From Podarcis erhardii (Eukaryota), in NCBI GenBank assembly GCA_964252035.1, contig OZ176200.1: a DNA stretch of 64,000 bases; one strand, written 5' to 3'. The notes beneath the pieces were generated by a model that was not told the DNA's origin, did not search any database, and saw only the letters and a program-made list of their open reading frames with translations. A program made the position numbers and the translations under genes. This document shows positions 1 through 12,910 of the stretch, piece after piece; within the stretch, counting starts at the first letter, position 1, and every line of letters starts with the position of its first letter.

Positions 1-1730
1 ATATAATACCTGTGTGTTAGGACTTTGCCTTGGGTTCTGAGTAATCTACATCCAGCCTCTAGGAACTGAACCCATGCTCCTGAACCAGGTACATTATTTC
101 TGTACATTGGTTCAGTGTTGAGGTTTCCCCATCCTATCCTTGTCACTTGGATTCTGACTATTTCACTGATGGTTTAGGAATAGTGAGGGTTGTGGGTTGA
201 ACTTGGACTAGGGAGACCTGGAGTTCAATCTCCACTCATCCACAAAGCTCTTTGGGTTGCATATCACTGGGTGGAATCCATCTGTTGCTCATGCGCTCAC
301 AGAAGAGCTCTTGATTTAGCAGAGGTGTGTCCACCAGTAAAAGAGGAAAGCAGGCAATTCCCCTCCCCCTGATACCTGCAGGCAAAAGTGCCCTCTGAAT
401 TTCTGTTCCAGATTGTTGGGGGACCCTCCAGAACAGGGTGGAAAGTGGTATGGAAGTCTACATGAGGACAGTGGAATCAACAGAGATCCCCTCACCCTTT
501 TCATTAGCTGATGCCTTAATCCAAGGCTCTTCTTTCATGCAAGGGCACTAGTTGGATTTCACCACCTCTCTGTCTTACGTTAAAGGATGAAATGAGAACA
601 TCTCATTTATGCCAGCTTGAACTCAGCTGGGGGCAAGGTGGAGGTAAAATGTAGCAACTGAAGAAGGCACTATGATGAAGCTACAGGAATAGCTTGGCCT
701 CAGTAATCCATGCTCTGATAACCTTTCATTTTTATTCCTGCCATACATACTATGCAGGGCTGCCCTTGAGGACCACTTGGAAATTGTGGCTGGTGCAAAA
801 TGTGGTGGTTCATCTCTTGAGCAGAGTCTCCAGTCAGATTAATCTTTCTCCAGTTCTTAAATATTTGCAGTTGTTTCCAATCCATTTCCACTCTGAATTC
901 AAAGTTTTACAAATGGCATAAAAAGCCCTGGATTACTTGCATGAGGGAAATCCTCTTCCGGTATGTGGCAGTCCAGGGAGTTCAGATCCTCTATGGAGGC
1001 TCTCCTTAATGTCCTAACCTTGGGAATTACACGTAGGCAATCCTTTCCCCTGGCAGCATCCCTGCTCTGGAATGCCTTCCCATCCACTGTTTAATCTGTC
1101 TGTTTGTTTGGAGCTTTGGCCTGCTTAATGTGAAACTGTTCACGTCCTGTTTTTATTGTGCTTTGCTGTGACTTTAAATGAGATTACTTTGTCTTATTGA
1201 ATATCATTGTTGCCTGCTCAGAGAATGTTTGGATGTAGAGCAGGAGATCAATGAAACTAAGTACAGTATGTAGATAGATATCTAGTTGTTCTATGAGATG
1301 CAGTGACATTGCTCTTCATGCGCTTAAAGAATTGCTGTAGTTTAAGGGTCAGGATCCTTTCAGAACAAACCTTGGTTACAGCTTAGTGTGCCGCAGCAGG
1401 AAACTTCATGTCCAGGAGCCCACATGTTTGTGTGATTTCGCTCAACCAAATAGTGGCTTAGTATCATCCCTTTGTGCGCAAGTGGAAGGATTTTCCACTA
1501 ATGCACGGGGGGGGGGGGGGTAAGGTGCTGGATCTGCCCTGAGCACCTATGCTCAGGAATTGGCAAAACAAGAACTCAGAATTCTGATTCTGGTAGTGCT
1601 TACCCTTTGGAAACATTTCCCATATCTTAGTTCATGTGAAACTGCATATGTTTCATTTTGAAAGTATCTGTGCGCCATAGAATGGGATCACACTTGGTGA
1701 CAGCTGATCTGCTTTTCCTTCCTGTGCTAG

Positions 1731-1865
1731 ATTGCCTATGCTGCAGTGGACTGTGCCAAAGAACAGAACCACGACCTGTGTAAGCAGGAAGGTGTGGATG
1801 GTTACCCAACCTTTAACTACTACAACTATGGAAAATTTATAGAAAAATATAATGGAGACAGAGGG
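1731..1865 (+). CDS. PDIA5: Protein disulfide-isomerase A5, penultimate coding exon (C-terminal thioredoxin domain)
   Basis: AG acceptor at 1729-1730 and GTAAGT donor at 1866. The 135 nt read IAYAAVDCAKEQNHDLCKQEGVDGYPTFNYYNYGKFIEKYNGDRG, matching recalled human PDIA5 (IACAAVDCVKDKNQDLCQQEAVKGYPTFHYYHYGKF). Synteny with SEC22A/ADCY5. Confidence 0.95.
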
Positions 1866-4800
1866 GTAAGTACATGGTGCTGTTCTAAAAGATGTACTGG
1901 TGTGGGGAGGGAGTATCTTTTTTAAGTGGTTTCATCAGCAAACAGTAAAATCACCAGCAGCAACAACAGGGACACAATACAGAGCCAGTTATTTTGCCAA
2001 TGAGTTTAATGCTTCTATTATGAATTCCTCATGACTGTGTCACCTTATTCCACACATAATGCATGCATTTAGCATCTGGAATTAACTCAGTAGAAAATTT
2101 TGGAGGCTTTTATTTTGAGTCTTATAATTTATTAAAAATTTAGCACTAATGAAAATGCAAAAATTGAACGTCTGCCAATTCCACATCAACTCCTAGCCAA
2201 TGTAGTGCAGAAGCTGTTCCAATGGGCTCTCCATATTCATTAGGAATCTAAGCCTTTGGTTGCCCTGTACACATTTGGAAATTCACTACACACAGCCAAA
2301 TGATAATAGATTGTTTGTTGGTTTTGTTTTGTGACCAAAACCCACATTTTCTGGGCAGTTTGCACTGGGCACCTTTAGCTTATGACCTTGATGTCTCCTT
2401 ACATTTCAGGTTTTGCAGAGATAGATTATTAGCAGTTCACTTGTATCTTGAAATGGAGGAAACAAAAGTTTACCAGCTACTCGAGAATGCTCAGTTTAAA
2501 GTTCCATAGCTAGGTTGTTAATAATTGCCTGGAGAAGATGGGGACCTAATGTGAAAGAATGTTTTGTATATTAATATGGCCAGTAAACGTTGTTGAGAAA
2601 CATTTAGCTGCAATATTATTGCTGCTGGTACAAAAAATCTGTAGATATATAGAAAGAGAGGATTTGTGGTATGATCCTGTGGGTCTTCACTGAGGCTTTT
2701 TATTGAGGTTGAGGTGGTTCATGTGGGAATTCTGTCAGGATAACACCTCCACAATTTGATCCTTAATGAACTAAGCCATACTGTAAACTTTGTCATGGAT
2801 CAAGTGTTGTGCTTTGCTTTTAAAATGAAGCTTTATCCGCCTAAATATAAATAACAGGGAATTGAGTTTAAGCCACAACATCTCTTTGGCTTTATAAATG
2901 CGCTTACAAAAGTAAAGGGATTTATGAAAACCAACAGATCTTGTTTGTTTGGCTAAGGAAGAAAAAAGCAAGTGTACACTTGCTCTTTCAAAATCACACT
3001 TTTGGGGGTGGGGAATCTGGCTAGTTGTCCTAGTGTTCAATTGTCCTTTTCGTTTCTTAACATCTGAGTTAGCACAGAGTGCCTCTCCATCTTCATTCTC
3101 TCAGTTACTAGCAGAGGGCTGCCTGCCTCTACCCCGCTGGAACCTATGTGCTCAGAGGAGACTGTAACTGCCAAGTGCTTAGTGGGAAATTGGAGATTTT
3201 GTTAAATCCTTTCGTTAGTTTAAAAATATTTCTATTTGTGGCGATGAGCAACTTGCCCCCACCCCCAGTCTCTTCCCTCCTAGGCCAACATTTCAGCTTA
3301 TGTTAGGTAGTGTGATCCCTGTTAAGAGTAACTCTAGCAGTGCATCTTTGGTACAGCAGCAAACTGCTAATATACTGTCATTATACTCATATGTTGCAAG
3401 GCTGTATTTATTACATTGAAAATAAGGATACAATCTCTTACTAGCTCTCATTAAAAAAAAGTAGTCGGCTTCTTATATGCAGTGAAAGAGAACGTTCCCT
3501 GTGAAGTCTCAGTGGGACTCATGGCACTCACTTTGGCTCATCTGTCTTACAGGGCTCCAAAGAGCTTTCATGCTTTAGGCACAGGGCATGTCTAGTAGAA
3601 TATTTATCTGGGGTCTTTCAACCATTGAGAATAGATTTAAGATAGATGTAGGAGGAAGGGGAAATCGCTGAAAATTACATTCCTGGTTGTTTTGGTGATG
3701 AATTCCTTCTCTCAGTCACCACTAGATACCACCCCCAGTCTTTGAACCACAGGCCCCATATCGTACAGCAGTATTAATGGTCCCTTCAGTTTTAAAAGTA
3801 ATAATTCACCATGTGATGGTGGCTGCTGTTCAATAAATCCATGCTCCTAAACTTCTTTGGATCCCAGACTGCTTCTACACTGCAGTGAGCCTGGAGAAAG
3901 GCAGATAACAGACCAATGCAATGTTGCTGTGTTGAAAACAAGACCTGCTAAACACATCTTGAAGTGGAGCACTAAAAAAGAGTGGGGGAGCTTATTTTAA
4001 TTGTAGTTATATATCCTTTTCAACAGTTACTTGGGTATTGGACATTTGGTTAGAAATGGAGAAAGAAACATCACACACAGCTTCACTGAGCTGGATAATG
4101 TGTTTCGGATAACACTTGTAATAGCAGGTACATTGCTAATAAAAAGCTAGTTCTTTGGGGTGTTTACTAGGATCTCAAATTTTGCAACTAGTGATGCGGA
4201 ACATTCTGAATTAAAATTGACAGATGCAGCCGACAGAATAGCAGTGGTTCCATTCCCTCTGCATCATGTGCCCAAATAGATCAGATGAGTTGTCAGGTCT
4301 AATCTAAAGCCCTTGGAAATTAATGGAAAAGCTTACAGACTTCTGTGGTAGTTTGGCTCAAACTCTCACTGTTTTGGGAGCATGACCTCATTATTTTGAT
4401 CACTTACAAAGAGACAATATGCTGCAGATTAAAGGCATAGTTCTTTGCTGCAGAATTCTCAAAGACATGGCAGAATAACAGCAGAACTCCCCTGCCCTGC
4501 AAATTTCACGTTCATTTTTAGTAATGACTTGTTTCAGAATGTGGTTACACCTTTCAAGTATTTTCACATTGGGGAGCCTTCACAAGGCGGTTTAATTATC
4601 TGATGAGTTTAGCTGGAAGCTTTTCCTTGTAGTGATTATTCCATCTCAAAAATGGCTCGGCAGCAGAGGAAGCTTTTAAGAGGGGACTGAGATAATGAAG
4701 GACATATGACCAGGTGTGGGCAGTGTGGGGACTGAACTGTGAGATTACCACTCTGAGGAAGGAAGATTATACAGTTTCTAGTGGTGGAGGCCAGGAGGCT

Positions 4801-5221
4801 TTTGAAAATAGTGTTCCAAGACCAGGAGCAGGTGTTAGCAGACTGGAATTGGGGGAAGTTGTGTGGCAAGAGTGAGCCAGGGGAGAGGAAGGCAGCAGCA
4901 GCAGCAGTGTGCACCATACATCCTTCACATAGCTGTCCACTTAGGATTCTGGAAGAGTGATGAAGCACTTAACACACACTCTGACCCCATCCATCCATTC
5001 AGAGCAACCATGATGCTGTGGAGTGTTTCTTTTACTTAAGGGAAGTGTTCAGTTTGTGACCAGATGGTCACTTGTCATATAAATATGAGGACCTGCCTTA
5101 TCTGCTCCTTTTACCTCTGCCTGCACTACTGCATGCCCATTTGCCTGTAGAAGACACGTTGGAGTCCTGTGTTCCAGTTTCACTATGCAACCAATGTCTT
5201 TCTTTACCTCTCACATTCTAG

Positions 5222-5302
5222 GAGTCTGGATTCTCGACTTTCATGCGGACGCTCAGAGAACGGGACCATGAAAAGATAGGGAAGAGGAAAGATGAGTTGT
5301 AA
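5222..5302 (+). CDS. PDIA5: PDIA5 last coding exon, ends in the KDEL ER-retention signal
   Basis: Pyrimidine tract plus TAG acceptor; reads ESGFSTFMRTLRERDHEKIGKRKDEL-stop, in phase 0 with the previous exon. Confidence 0.95.
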   Translation, partial: ESGFSTFMRTLRERDHEKIGKRKDEL

Positions 5303-5444
5303 TTTCTGCCTCACACAATGATTTCCACTGCACTGTGAATGGTCTCAGGGCCACTGGTACAATGCCTGGGATTCCACATCTTTTTAAAAAGAGAGACTTT
5401 GGTTTTTTTTACAAACAGCCATTTGCCATTTTGTACAATTTTGA

Positions 5445-5486
5445 AATAAAGTGAGATCATTTGATTTTTAAAAGGAAAAAAATAAA
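5445..5486 (+). terminator. PDIA5: Candidate PDIA5 polyadenylation signals (AATAAA at 5445 and 5481)
   Basis: Two AATAAA hexamers 140-180 nt after the stop, followed by T/GT-rich sequence. Confidence 0.6.
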
Positions 5487-7183
5487 TGACATCATTGTTG
5501 CCATATTCTGTTATGGAAAACGAAAAGAAGAGCGTTTTCTATCCATTTGATGCACCTATGCCCACTTGATACTCCTATGCAATCTTTTTTGTAATCTGTA
5601 GGTTTGATAGTGATTTCCCCTGACAAGGTGATTTCTGCATTTTTTTTTTTATTTTTGAAGAATATTATATGTGAAATGGCTTTTAAAAATTGGAGGGTGA
5701 GGATGAAAGGAAGGTGCAATGGATCCATCAGGAGCAAGTTCCATGGAAACAGACAGAGCTTTGTGGTCCCGGTGGACTCTGCCTCAAGCCTCGTCAGGTG
5801 CAGTTGTGTGCACAGCACTTATTTCAGGAACCAGGTGTGATTAAGTGCACTTTCAGTCCTTATAGTCCACGTACTAAGCAGACATCAGCCTGCACTGCTC
5901 ACTCCCGCTCTGCATGGCTAATGGGACATCTGCCAGAACAGGGTAGTGTGTGGAGTCTGAATGACAGATCTGCCACAATTATCACGCAAGCATCTTTTGT
6001 AAGTGGGGCCTTTTCCAGGAACAGTGTGTGTGCGTTTCTAGTTGTGCTCAGCAGTGCCAAACTGGTAGAACGACTAGTTGTGAATGGGACATGCTCTTGC
6101 GGTCTTGCTAGGTTACACTTCCTTCCTAGAGAGATTGGGGGGGGGGCAATTTTTAAGGTGCTCAGGGATAATAGGGAAATAATGAAGAAGCATTGATTGG
6201 CCATTTCAGATCTTAATTGACTGTAGTGGTGGTTTTTGTTTTGTTTTTGTTTTTTTAATCTGCCGTACTGTTTACATATCTTTATAGAATGTGTGGGTTA
6301 TTTCAAACAAATGTCTCTGCATTCGGCACATATCAAGCACCGAATGTCTCTCAGTGTATGTGTTTGCTCTCACGTTGTCCAATGCTCCTGTAAGCATAGG
6401 AGTGGTGTAGTGCAGGTATAAATAAGGTTCTACTTAATTTATGATCTGACCATAGGAACTGCGTATTTGCTAAGCATTCCATTTGACTGTTGACAGAGGC
6501 ACTGATATTTTTGATATGAGGAAACATCATGCAACAATACTTGTTTACGTTCCAAAGGCTTGTCTATGTGAGTTAACTACAAAAGGAAAGTATAATTTTT
6601 TTAGAATTCTATAGAAGCAAGTTGTGCTTAAAAAAAAATAAAAAATTGTTTAGCCCCTGTCAGTGATGTAAGAAAATAACAGCATTACTAGAACTAGCTT
6701 TTAAAAGTCCGTAATTATGTGCAGATTCTGTGAGGTGAGGGTGATCTGGACATTGTGTCTCCATGGGATTTATTATATTTTGTGATTTCCAATTTGATCA
6801 AAAAGAATAAAAGATTGAAAATATGCTCTAATTGCTGCCTTTATTCAACATTTTGTAGGCCAGATTGCCTGAAGCTGCTGTGCTGGTGACCAAAAACCAT
6901 TTCTGCTAGCCGTTCTCGCTAGCCACACCGGAAAGGTCAAGCATCTCCAGTCTCCTCTTCCATGATTTCAAAGTCCCTGTGGGGAAAGAACAAAAGTCTC
7001 CTTGCCACTGTCTTGCCTAATTGTTAAGGCAAGTTACAAGTAACAAAAGAGTCTTTGTAAAGCTGTTTCTCTTGACTCCTCTGCTCCATCTAGCGGAAGA
7101 TGCAGATAAATTCGGGAAATCTGTAATGAAATAAAACCCACAGCCTCTCTACCTGGGCTACTTCTTGCCAGTACACAGATCTG

Positions 7184-7321
7184 CAGAATTGTAAAGTTGG
7201 AAGGGAATACAAGGGCCATCTAGTTCAACCCCCTGCAATGCAGGAATATTTTTGCCCAACATGGAGCTGAGCCCCACAACACTGAGATTAAGAGTCTCAT
7301 GCTCTACCAACCAAGCTATCC
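7184..7321 (-). mobile_element. tRNA-headed SINE with a CR1-type 3' tail
   Basis: Minus strand starts GGATAGCTTGGTTGGTAGAGCATGAGACTCTTAATCTCAG (tRNA-Lys-like) and continues into a CR1-like end (CCTGCATTGCAGGGGGTTGAACTAGATGG...TTCCAAC...ATTCTG). Confidence 0.7.
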
Positions 7322-8077
7322 TGCAGGAAATAACAAGCTGTAGAAGAGTACATAGGTGCATGGGAAGTGATTAGAGCCCATTGGTTAACTGAAATCTGGT
7401 GTTCTTCCTTACAACCTTGTAGAAACTTCTCAAGTGCAAGCAGAGGCACTGTAGGTCACCTGAAGAGGTTCTGTGAGATGGGTTCTGCTTGAGGATCACC
7501 TATAGAAAGATCAGGGTTTTAAAGGAATGTTCCTTCCTTCATAATAGTCTCAGCTCCATCAAAGGAGATAAAAATTCCCTTACTTCACTCCATCAATCTG
7601 GGGTGTCCATTAGCAATGAAAGTTGGATCTAGCAACTCTAACAAACTTGCTGTGGAATACTTAGAGGATCCATGCGTAGAAAAGGGGCAGTAGTGGTACA
7701 GTATGACCCACATACACTGTCACTTTTGAATATAGTATGCGTAAAACGGCATGTATGAAGCCGAGAGTGTCACTGGAGTATTCTCAGTGGAGAAACAATC
7801 TCTACTCACTGTCTGCTTGATCTTGCTTCTTTTCACTCTTGTTCGGGCTCCACGTTTTCTCTGGTGTGGATTCTCACTTTTTAACAAGCTACCAGTGGCC
7901 TGGTTTTCCTCTTATGTGTTCCTTTGAATGCTAGCGAGCAGGGTGGTCTGCATTAATGACCTGCTGTAAAGCCCAGTTGTCATTCAGGTGATCTACAGCT
8001 GGGAGGGGAAGTGTGTGTGGGGGGGTCATCCTTCCCACCTGGACATTTAGCAAAGTTATGTGTTTAACTGACATCAA

Positions 8078-8278
8078 TAACATCAGAGCCCTGCTGGATC
8101 AGGGCCCAAGCCCATGAGCCCAGAGTCCTGTTCTTACAGTCGCCAACCAGATGCCTACAGTAAGCCTGCAAGCAGGACCTGAGAGCAACAGCATCATCCC
8201 CATGTGTGATTCCCAGCAAATAGTATTTGGAAGCATCCTACCGCCCAACAGTGGAGCTGCAACATTCCCATCATGGTT
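8078..8278 (-). mobile_element. CR1 LINE 3' UTR fragment
   Basis: AGAGCCCTGCTGGATCAGG...GTCCTGTTCTTACAGTCGCCAACCAGATGCC resembles recalled reverse-strand squamate CR1 3' ends; degenerate. Confidence 0.6.
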
Positions 8279-8334
8279 CCTTGAATATATTCAATTAAAC
8301 TCAATGGGAATAATGCTTAATTTTAGTTTGATTG

Positions 8335-8362
8335 GTGTGTGTGTGTGTGTGTGTGTGTGTGT
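8335..8362. repeat. (GT)14 microsatellite
   Basis: Read directly from the sequence. Confidence 0.95.
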
Positions 8363-8862
8363 GGTGCTTTGCCAGACTTATTAAATCATATGTGATTTTC
8401 TCCTGGCCTTCGCCTTGTTAGTGAAACACTAACTCTCAAAACAGTGTGCTTTTGTGCTGCTGAGGGAGACTGTGGGAGGAGACCTCACAGGAGTTCCCAC
8501 TCCGCTTTTCATTCTCAATGCACTTCCTGCTTTTTCTCTGGCCCAATTATTGCTTCTATGTATTTGGCACTCATTAATCTGCTGGAGCCCCTGCTATGTA
8601 ATCAGTGAATGATGATAGGGTGATTTGCCTTGTGTGGTAGTAAGCTTGTTAACCATAACATAAATCTAAGCAATGGTTCCATGCCAAACAGGTTCTTTTA
8701 TTAGACTCCGCATGAACTTTCCTATTAGCCAGACAATTAGCTGTCTGGAAAATGAATGGTGTTTCTCCCCCCACCCTTCTTTTCTCTATAGAACCTGTCC
8801 TTACCACTTAGTACTATCTTCATTTTTCCTTTCTGTTGTTCTTAGGCTGATGTAGTTGTGAG

Positions 8863-9202
8863 TAGAGATGGACAGATCATTATTTCCAGTCTGGGACAGT
8901 TTCACACGTGTTCATTCCTATGTCCGTAAGTCCATTCAGACATGTTTCCACACAATATTTCCATTTTTAAACCACATGAAAAATCTGCATTTTATGTAAA
9001 GTATGTATCCAAAAATAACTCCTTTAACCTAAAATGCATATTTTAAAATGTATTTTTGTACTTTTCCCAACTGAGAACTGCAATGCAAAAATCAGGGAAA
9101 GCTGAAGCATAAATCTGTTCTGATCCATATATTAGTTTGGGAAGTGCTGTTAGGATTGTTTGATTTAAAATGGGGACTGAACAAAATGCTCAATGATCCC
9201 TA
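8863..9202. mobile_element. Old non-autonomous DNA transposon (hAT-like)
   Basis: Imperfect termini TAGAGATG...GATCCCTA around an AT-rich interior; no clean TSD. Confidence 0.4.
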
Positions 9203-10057
9203 CTTGTGGTATTTAAGTTTCAAGGGAGTTCCACTTCTGTGGTATAGCAGCAACAAATCCTTCTCTTTGTGGCTTGATGATATTGGCACGTAGGAGCCAT
9301 AAAGTAGGACTGACAGCTGGCCAACATTTCATTGGCTGAGTGAGCATTTAATCCTCCTTGCCAGTTGCCAGAATGGAAGGCAGAAAATAACTATGGTTGA
9401 TTCAAGATGTGTTCACCTACAAATGGAATGGTTCCTTTCATTTGCACAAATGACTGAGATACAGTGGAGGCCTCCACCACAAGTGGGATGGAGGTAACGT
9501 CCCCCAGTATTATCTGTTTTTTATTTGTTGGTTTCTTTATTAAATTTCTATTCTGCACTCCCAAAAGAGTCCCCATGTCACCTCCCACATGGAGGGTCCC
9601 CCAGTCAGCCACAGCAGCTTTCCTGGGGGTTTACAGACAGGAGGAATCTGCATAATTCACCTTCCTCCCCTTCAGCGTGTGGGCATGAGCACAACTCTGT
9701 TCATGGTTGGTCTGGATCAAACTGAATAAGCCCAGTGGTTTCATTGTAGTCCCTTCCTTCCTCCCTTCCTTGAAACAAATATGACACTTTTGTAGGAAAT
9801 ATTCTGCATATACATGAAGACATACTCCTTAAAATGAATTTCTTTGGGCAGTTTAGGGGGGAAGCTTCCTACAAATCTGACAGAAGATAAAAGGCACATA
9901 GTCCTTTAAAGAAGAAGAAAAAGTTCCCTTTAGGAAAAACTTGGGCATGTGTTGAGAGGCAGTTAGATGGAAGTACCAGGAGATAGATAGATTATAGATA
10001 GGTAGGTAGGTATTTAAGGAGCAAGCACTGGAAATTGTTTTATATGAAAAACAAATA

Positions 10058-10302
10058 CAGTGGTACCTCAGATTAAGTACTTAATACGTTCCGGAGGTCC
10101 GTTCTTAACCTGAAACTGTTCTTAACCTGAAGCACCACTTTAGCTAATGGGGCCTCCTGCTGCTGCTGCCGCGCCGCCAGAGCCCGATTTCTGTTCTCAT
10201 CCTGAAGCAAAGTTCTTAACCTGAGGTACTATTTCTGGGTTAGCGGAGTCTGTAACCTGAAGCATCTGTAACCTGAAGCGTATGTAACCCGAGGTACCAT
10301 TG
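10058..10302 (+). mobile_element. Tc1/mariner (pogo/Tigger-like) MITE, family A copy 1
   Basis: TIRs CAGTGGTACCTC / GAGGTACCATTG, TA on both flanks, three related copies in the window. Confidence 0.9.
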
Positions 10303-12668
10303 TACTAATTTGCATTTAATTTCTTTTTAAAGTTACTTCCCAAGTTTTTAATAAAGAGTAGAGCAGATTAAACTTTGTAAGCCAAACTCTCTTCACTTAG
10401 GTTTCCCCCCCCCTCCACCACCCCAAACTTGGTGGATTTCACATCGGATTTTGGCCTAGCCTTTCCTAATTAAACAGCTAAGGAGTTCAAGTTGATGCAC
10501 AGTGGTTTGTAGTGCCTAAAGCTTTTGCAGGCCATTAGAGTTTAATTGTTCATCTTGTTTAAAATCATCTCACTCAAAAGACATCTTGGCTGAGAATGAA
10601 ATGGGTCATGAAACTATAAATAGGAGGTAAATTATATTTGCACGTTAACTGAAACAGGGGAAGGAAGGGAGATCTTCCAAGGCCAATAGACTCCATTACA
10701 ATGTCCCAATGGGAAAATTGGATTCCACAATTTTCATGTCATTGTGGAGTAACCAGTTGAAAAGAATTACTTATCTAAAGCACAGTGAGCAATTGTCCTA
10801 GACATGCACTAAAGCCTGTGATTCGGAGCAATCCCAAGAGATGAAGTCACCATTGGCAAGTTCCAACTTATTTTTTTTTCTTAATAAATGTCTGCAGTTC
10901 TCAGCAATTAATACAAATATAGACACAGCCAATGGCACTGGAATCCACAGACGATGTCTGTTTATTGTAGACGAAAAGAGGGGTTGGTGGAGGTGGGAAA
11001 AAGCTACAATCGACGCTTCAGTTTAGGACTAATTGTACTTTTGTTCTTCCTGTGCTGATCAAAGCCAAAGTCCTTCCTATTTCAAATGTAAACACTGTTG
11101 GTGAGCTGATTTCTTAAAAGCAGAGATCAGGGCAACTTTTATATTTCACAGGCTAGTTTAAAACAAAAGACCTGGCCTGGATACCGGGGCTGTGTTTGTT
11201 CAAGAGAATAAAATGTGCACTTTGAAAGGACATTGAGTTCACTGTACATACATCTAAGCTTTGACATAGTTGTCACACTTTGATTTTTTCCCCCATTTAA
11301 TTTCCCTCTGACCTTTCTTTCTTTGCACCTATATGCCTGCGAACTGAGAAAAACGCTCCATGCAACTGATGATGGGTACTTCAATACAGGAAAGCTTCTG
11401 CTGTAACAAATGTATTAGTCTTTTGAGGTAGCGTAAAAATCCTTGTTCTTTTCATGATGGCCTGCCCAATTTGAGGAAGAGTGTCTGCTCTGCATCTGAT
11501 TTTTCCCACAAGCCACCCCTAAGCATCTGGTGAACTTGTCAGAATAGACTCTGGTCTAGAAAAGCAGGCTGGCTTTCTTAATTCATTCCCACAACCAACA
11601 ACCCCTTACCTGCTTCTCTGCTCAGAAAATAGGGGGTAGTAGTGAGTGGGAATGGAGTAGTAAAGGATTTAGTTAGAAGTGGTGCATAAGCATAGGAAAA
11701 GGACCGACCTTACCCACCACTTCATGATTGATGGGCCCTTAGCTAGTATATGGTATACATAGATGTATGCACATGTACATCCATGCATTAATTTATATAG
11801 ATAACATCTTAATCGTTTTGCACAACTGTAAAGACAGCATAGCTTTCTCTTCTCAGTATGATATGCAAGGTATTCTGCCAAACCATGGCTGATTTTACAG
11901 GTTTGGACCTTAGTAGAATTTCCAAATAAAAAATTTCATGAAATATATATTTCACTATCTATATGTAGGTTACTGGCATTCATCTTAATATTCCTTAGAA
12001 CCAGATCAATGGAAGAGAAAGAAGCCATTATGTGTGCACGTATTTATTAAAATGACATAAGAAACTTGCCAATATGAGTTTTTACATCTCAGTAGCACAT
12101 AGAGTAATAATTGTGTGTCGCCTTTTAATAATGCAAGGGACAGATACATGTAAGGAACTAGAAAATATCTATACCAACCTCCGAGACATTATGTAAATGT
12201 TTCTGAAACATTTTTAAGTCGTGCAAGCCTTTTAACTCTCTCTTAGAAGTTGGGTTTTAAAAGCGCAGGGATTTTGTTGATGTCCAGGACAACCTACCTT
12301 GGGGTAGGTTTTCTGTAATCAAACATCCCAATAGATTAGCTCATACGAAAAAAGGTTGTTTCTGCTATATAGGCCACAACAAGCCCTACAATCATGAGGG
12401 TGCAGCAGCTGATTTTTTTAGGTGTCATGAAAGGACAGCCAATTGTTATTTACTTTAATATTATTATTTTACTACCCAGAAGGATGAGGAGCTTGTGGGT
12501 TTTGCTGCCACCTTACATAACTGTATTTTCCCACAACACAAACATGGGTGAACATGGAATGTTCAAAGATTTGTTCTGGGATAAATAATATCCAAGCTAT
12601 GATAAAATTGGCTGCTACAGTATAATGCTGGCTCTTCTTCCACCAGGTAGTGGCATACATAGGCATTA

Positions 12669-12910
12669 CAGTGGTACCTCAGGTTACATACGCTTCAGGT
12701 TACATACGCTTCAGGTTACAGACTCCGCTAACCCAGAAATAGTGCTTCAGGTTAAGAACTTTGCTTCAGGATAAGAAAAGAAATCGTGCTCTGGCGGTGC
12801 AGCGGCAGCAGTAGGCCCCATTAGCTAAAGTGGTGCTTCAGGTTAAGAACAGTTTCAGGTTAAGAACAGACCTCTGGAACGAATTAAGTACTTAACCCGA
12901 GGTACCACTG
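12669..12910 (-). mobile_element. MITE family A copy 2 (opposite orientation)
   Basis: TIRs CAGTGGTACCTC / GAGGTACCACTG with TA TSD; reverse complement of 10058-10302. Confidence 0.9.

Noticed and set aside
1507-1520. Long poly-G runs (also about 27380, 27872, 52569) as G-quadruplex elements
   Set aside because: Single homopolymer runs are common, error-prone in length, and show no repeated four-tract arrangement or other support.
5690-6196. 168-aa ORF downstream of PDIA5
   Set aside because: No recognisable homology, non-ATG start, no splice or domain support; length is compatible with chance.
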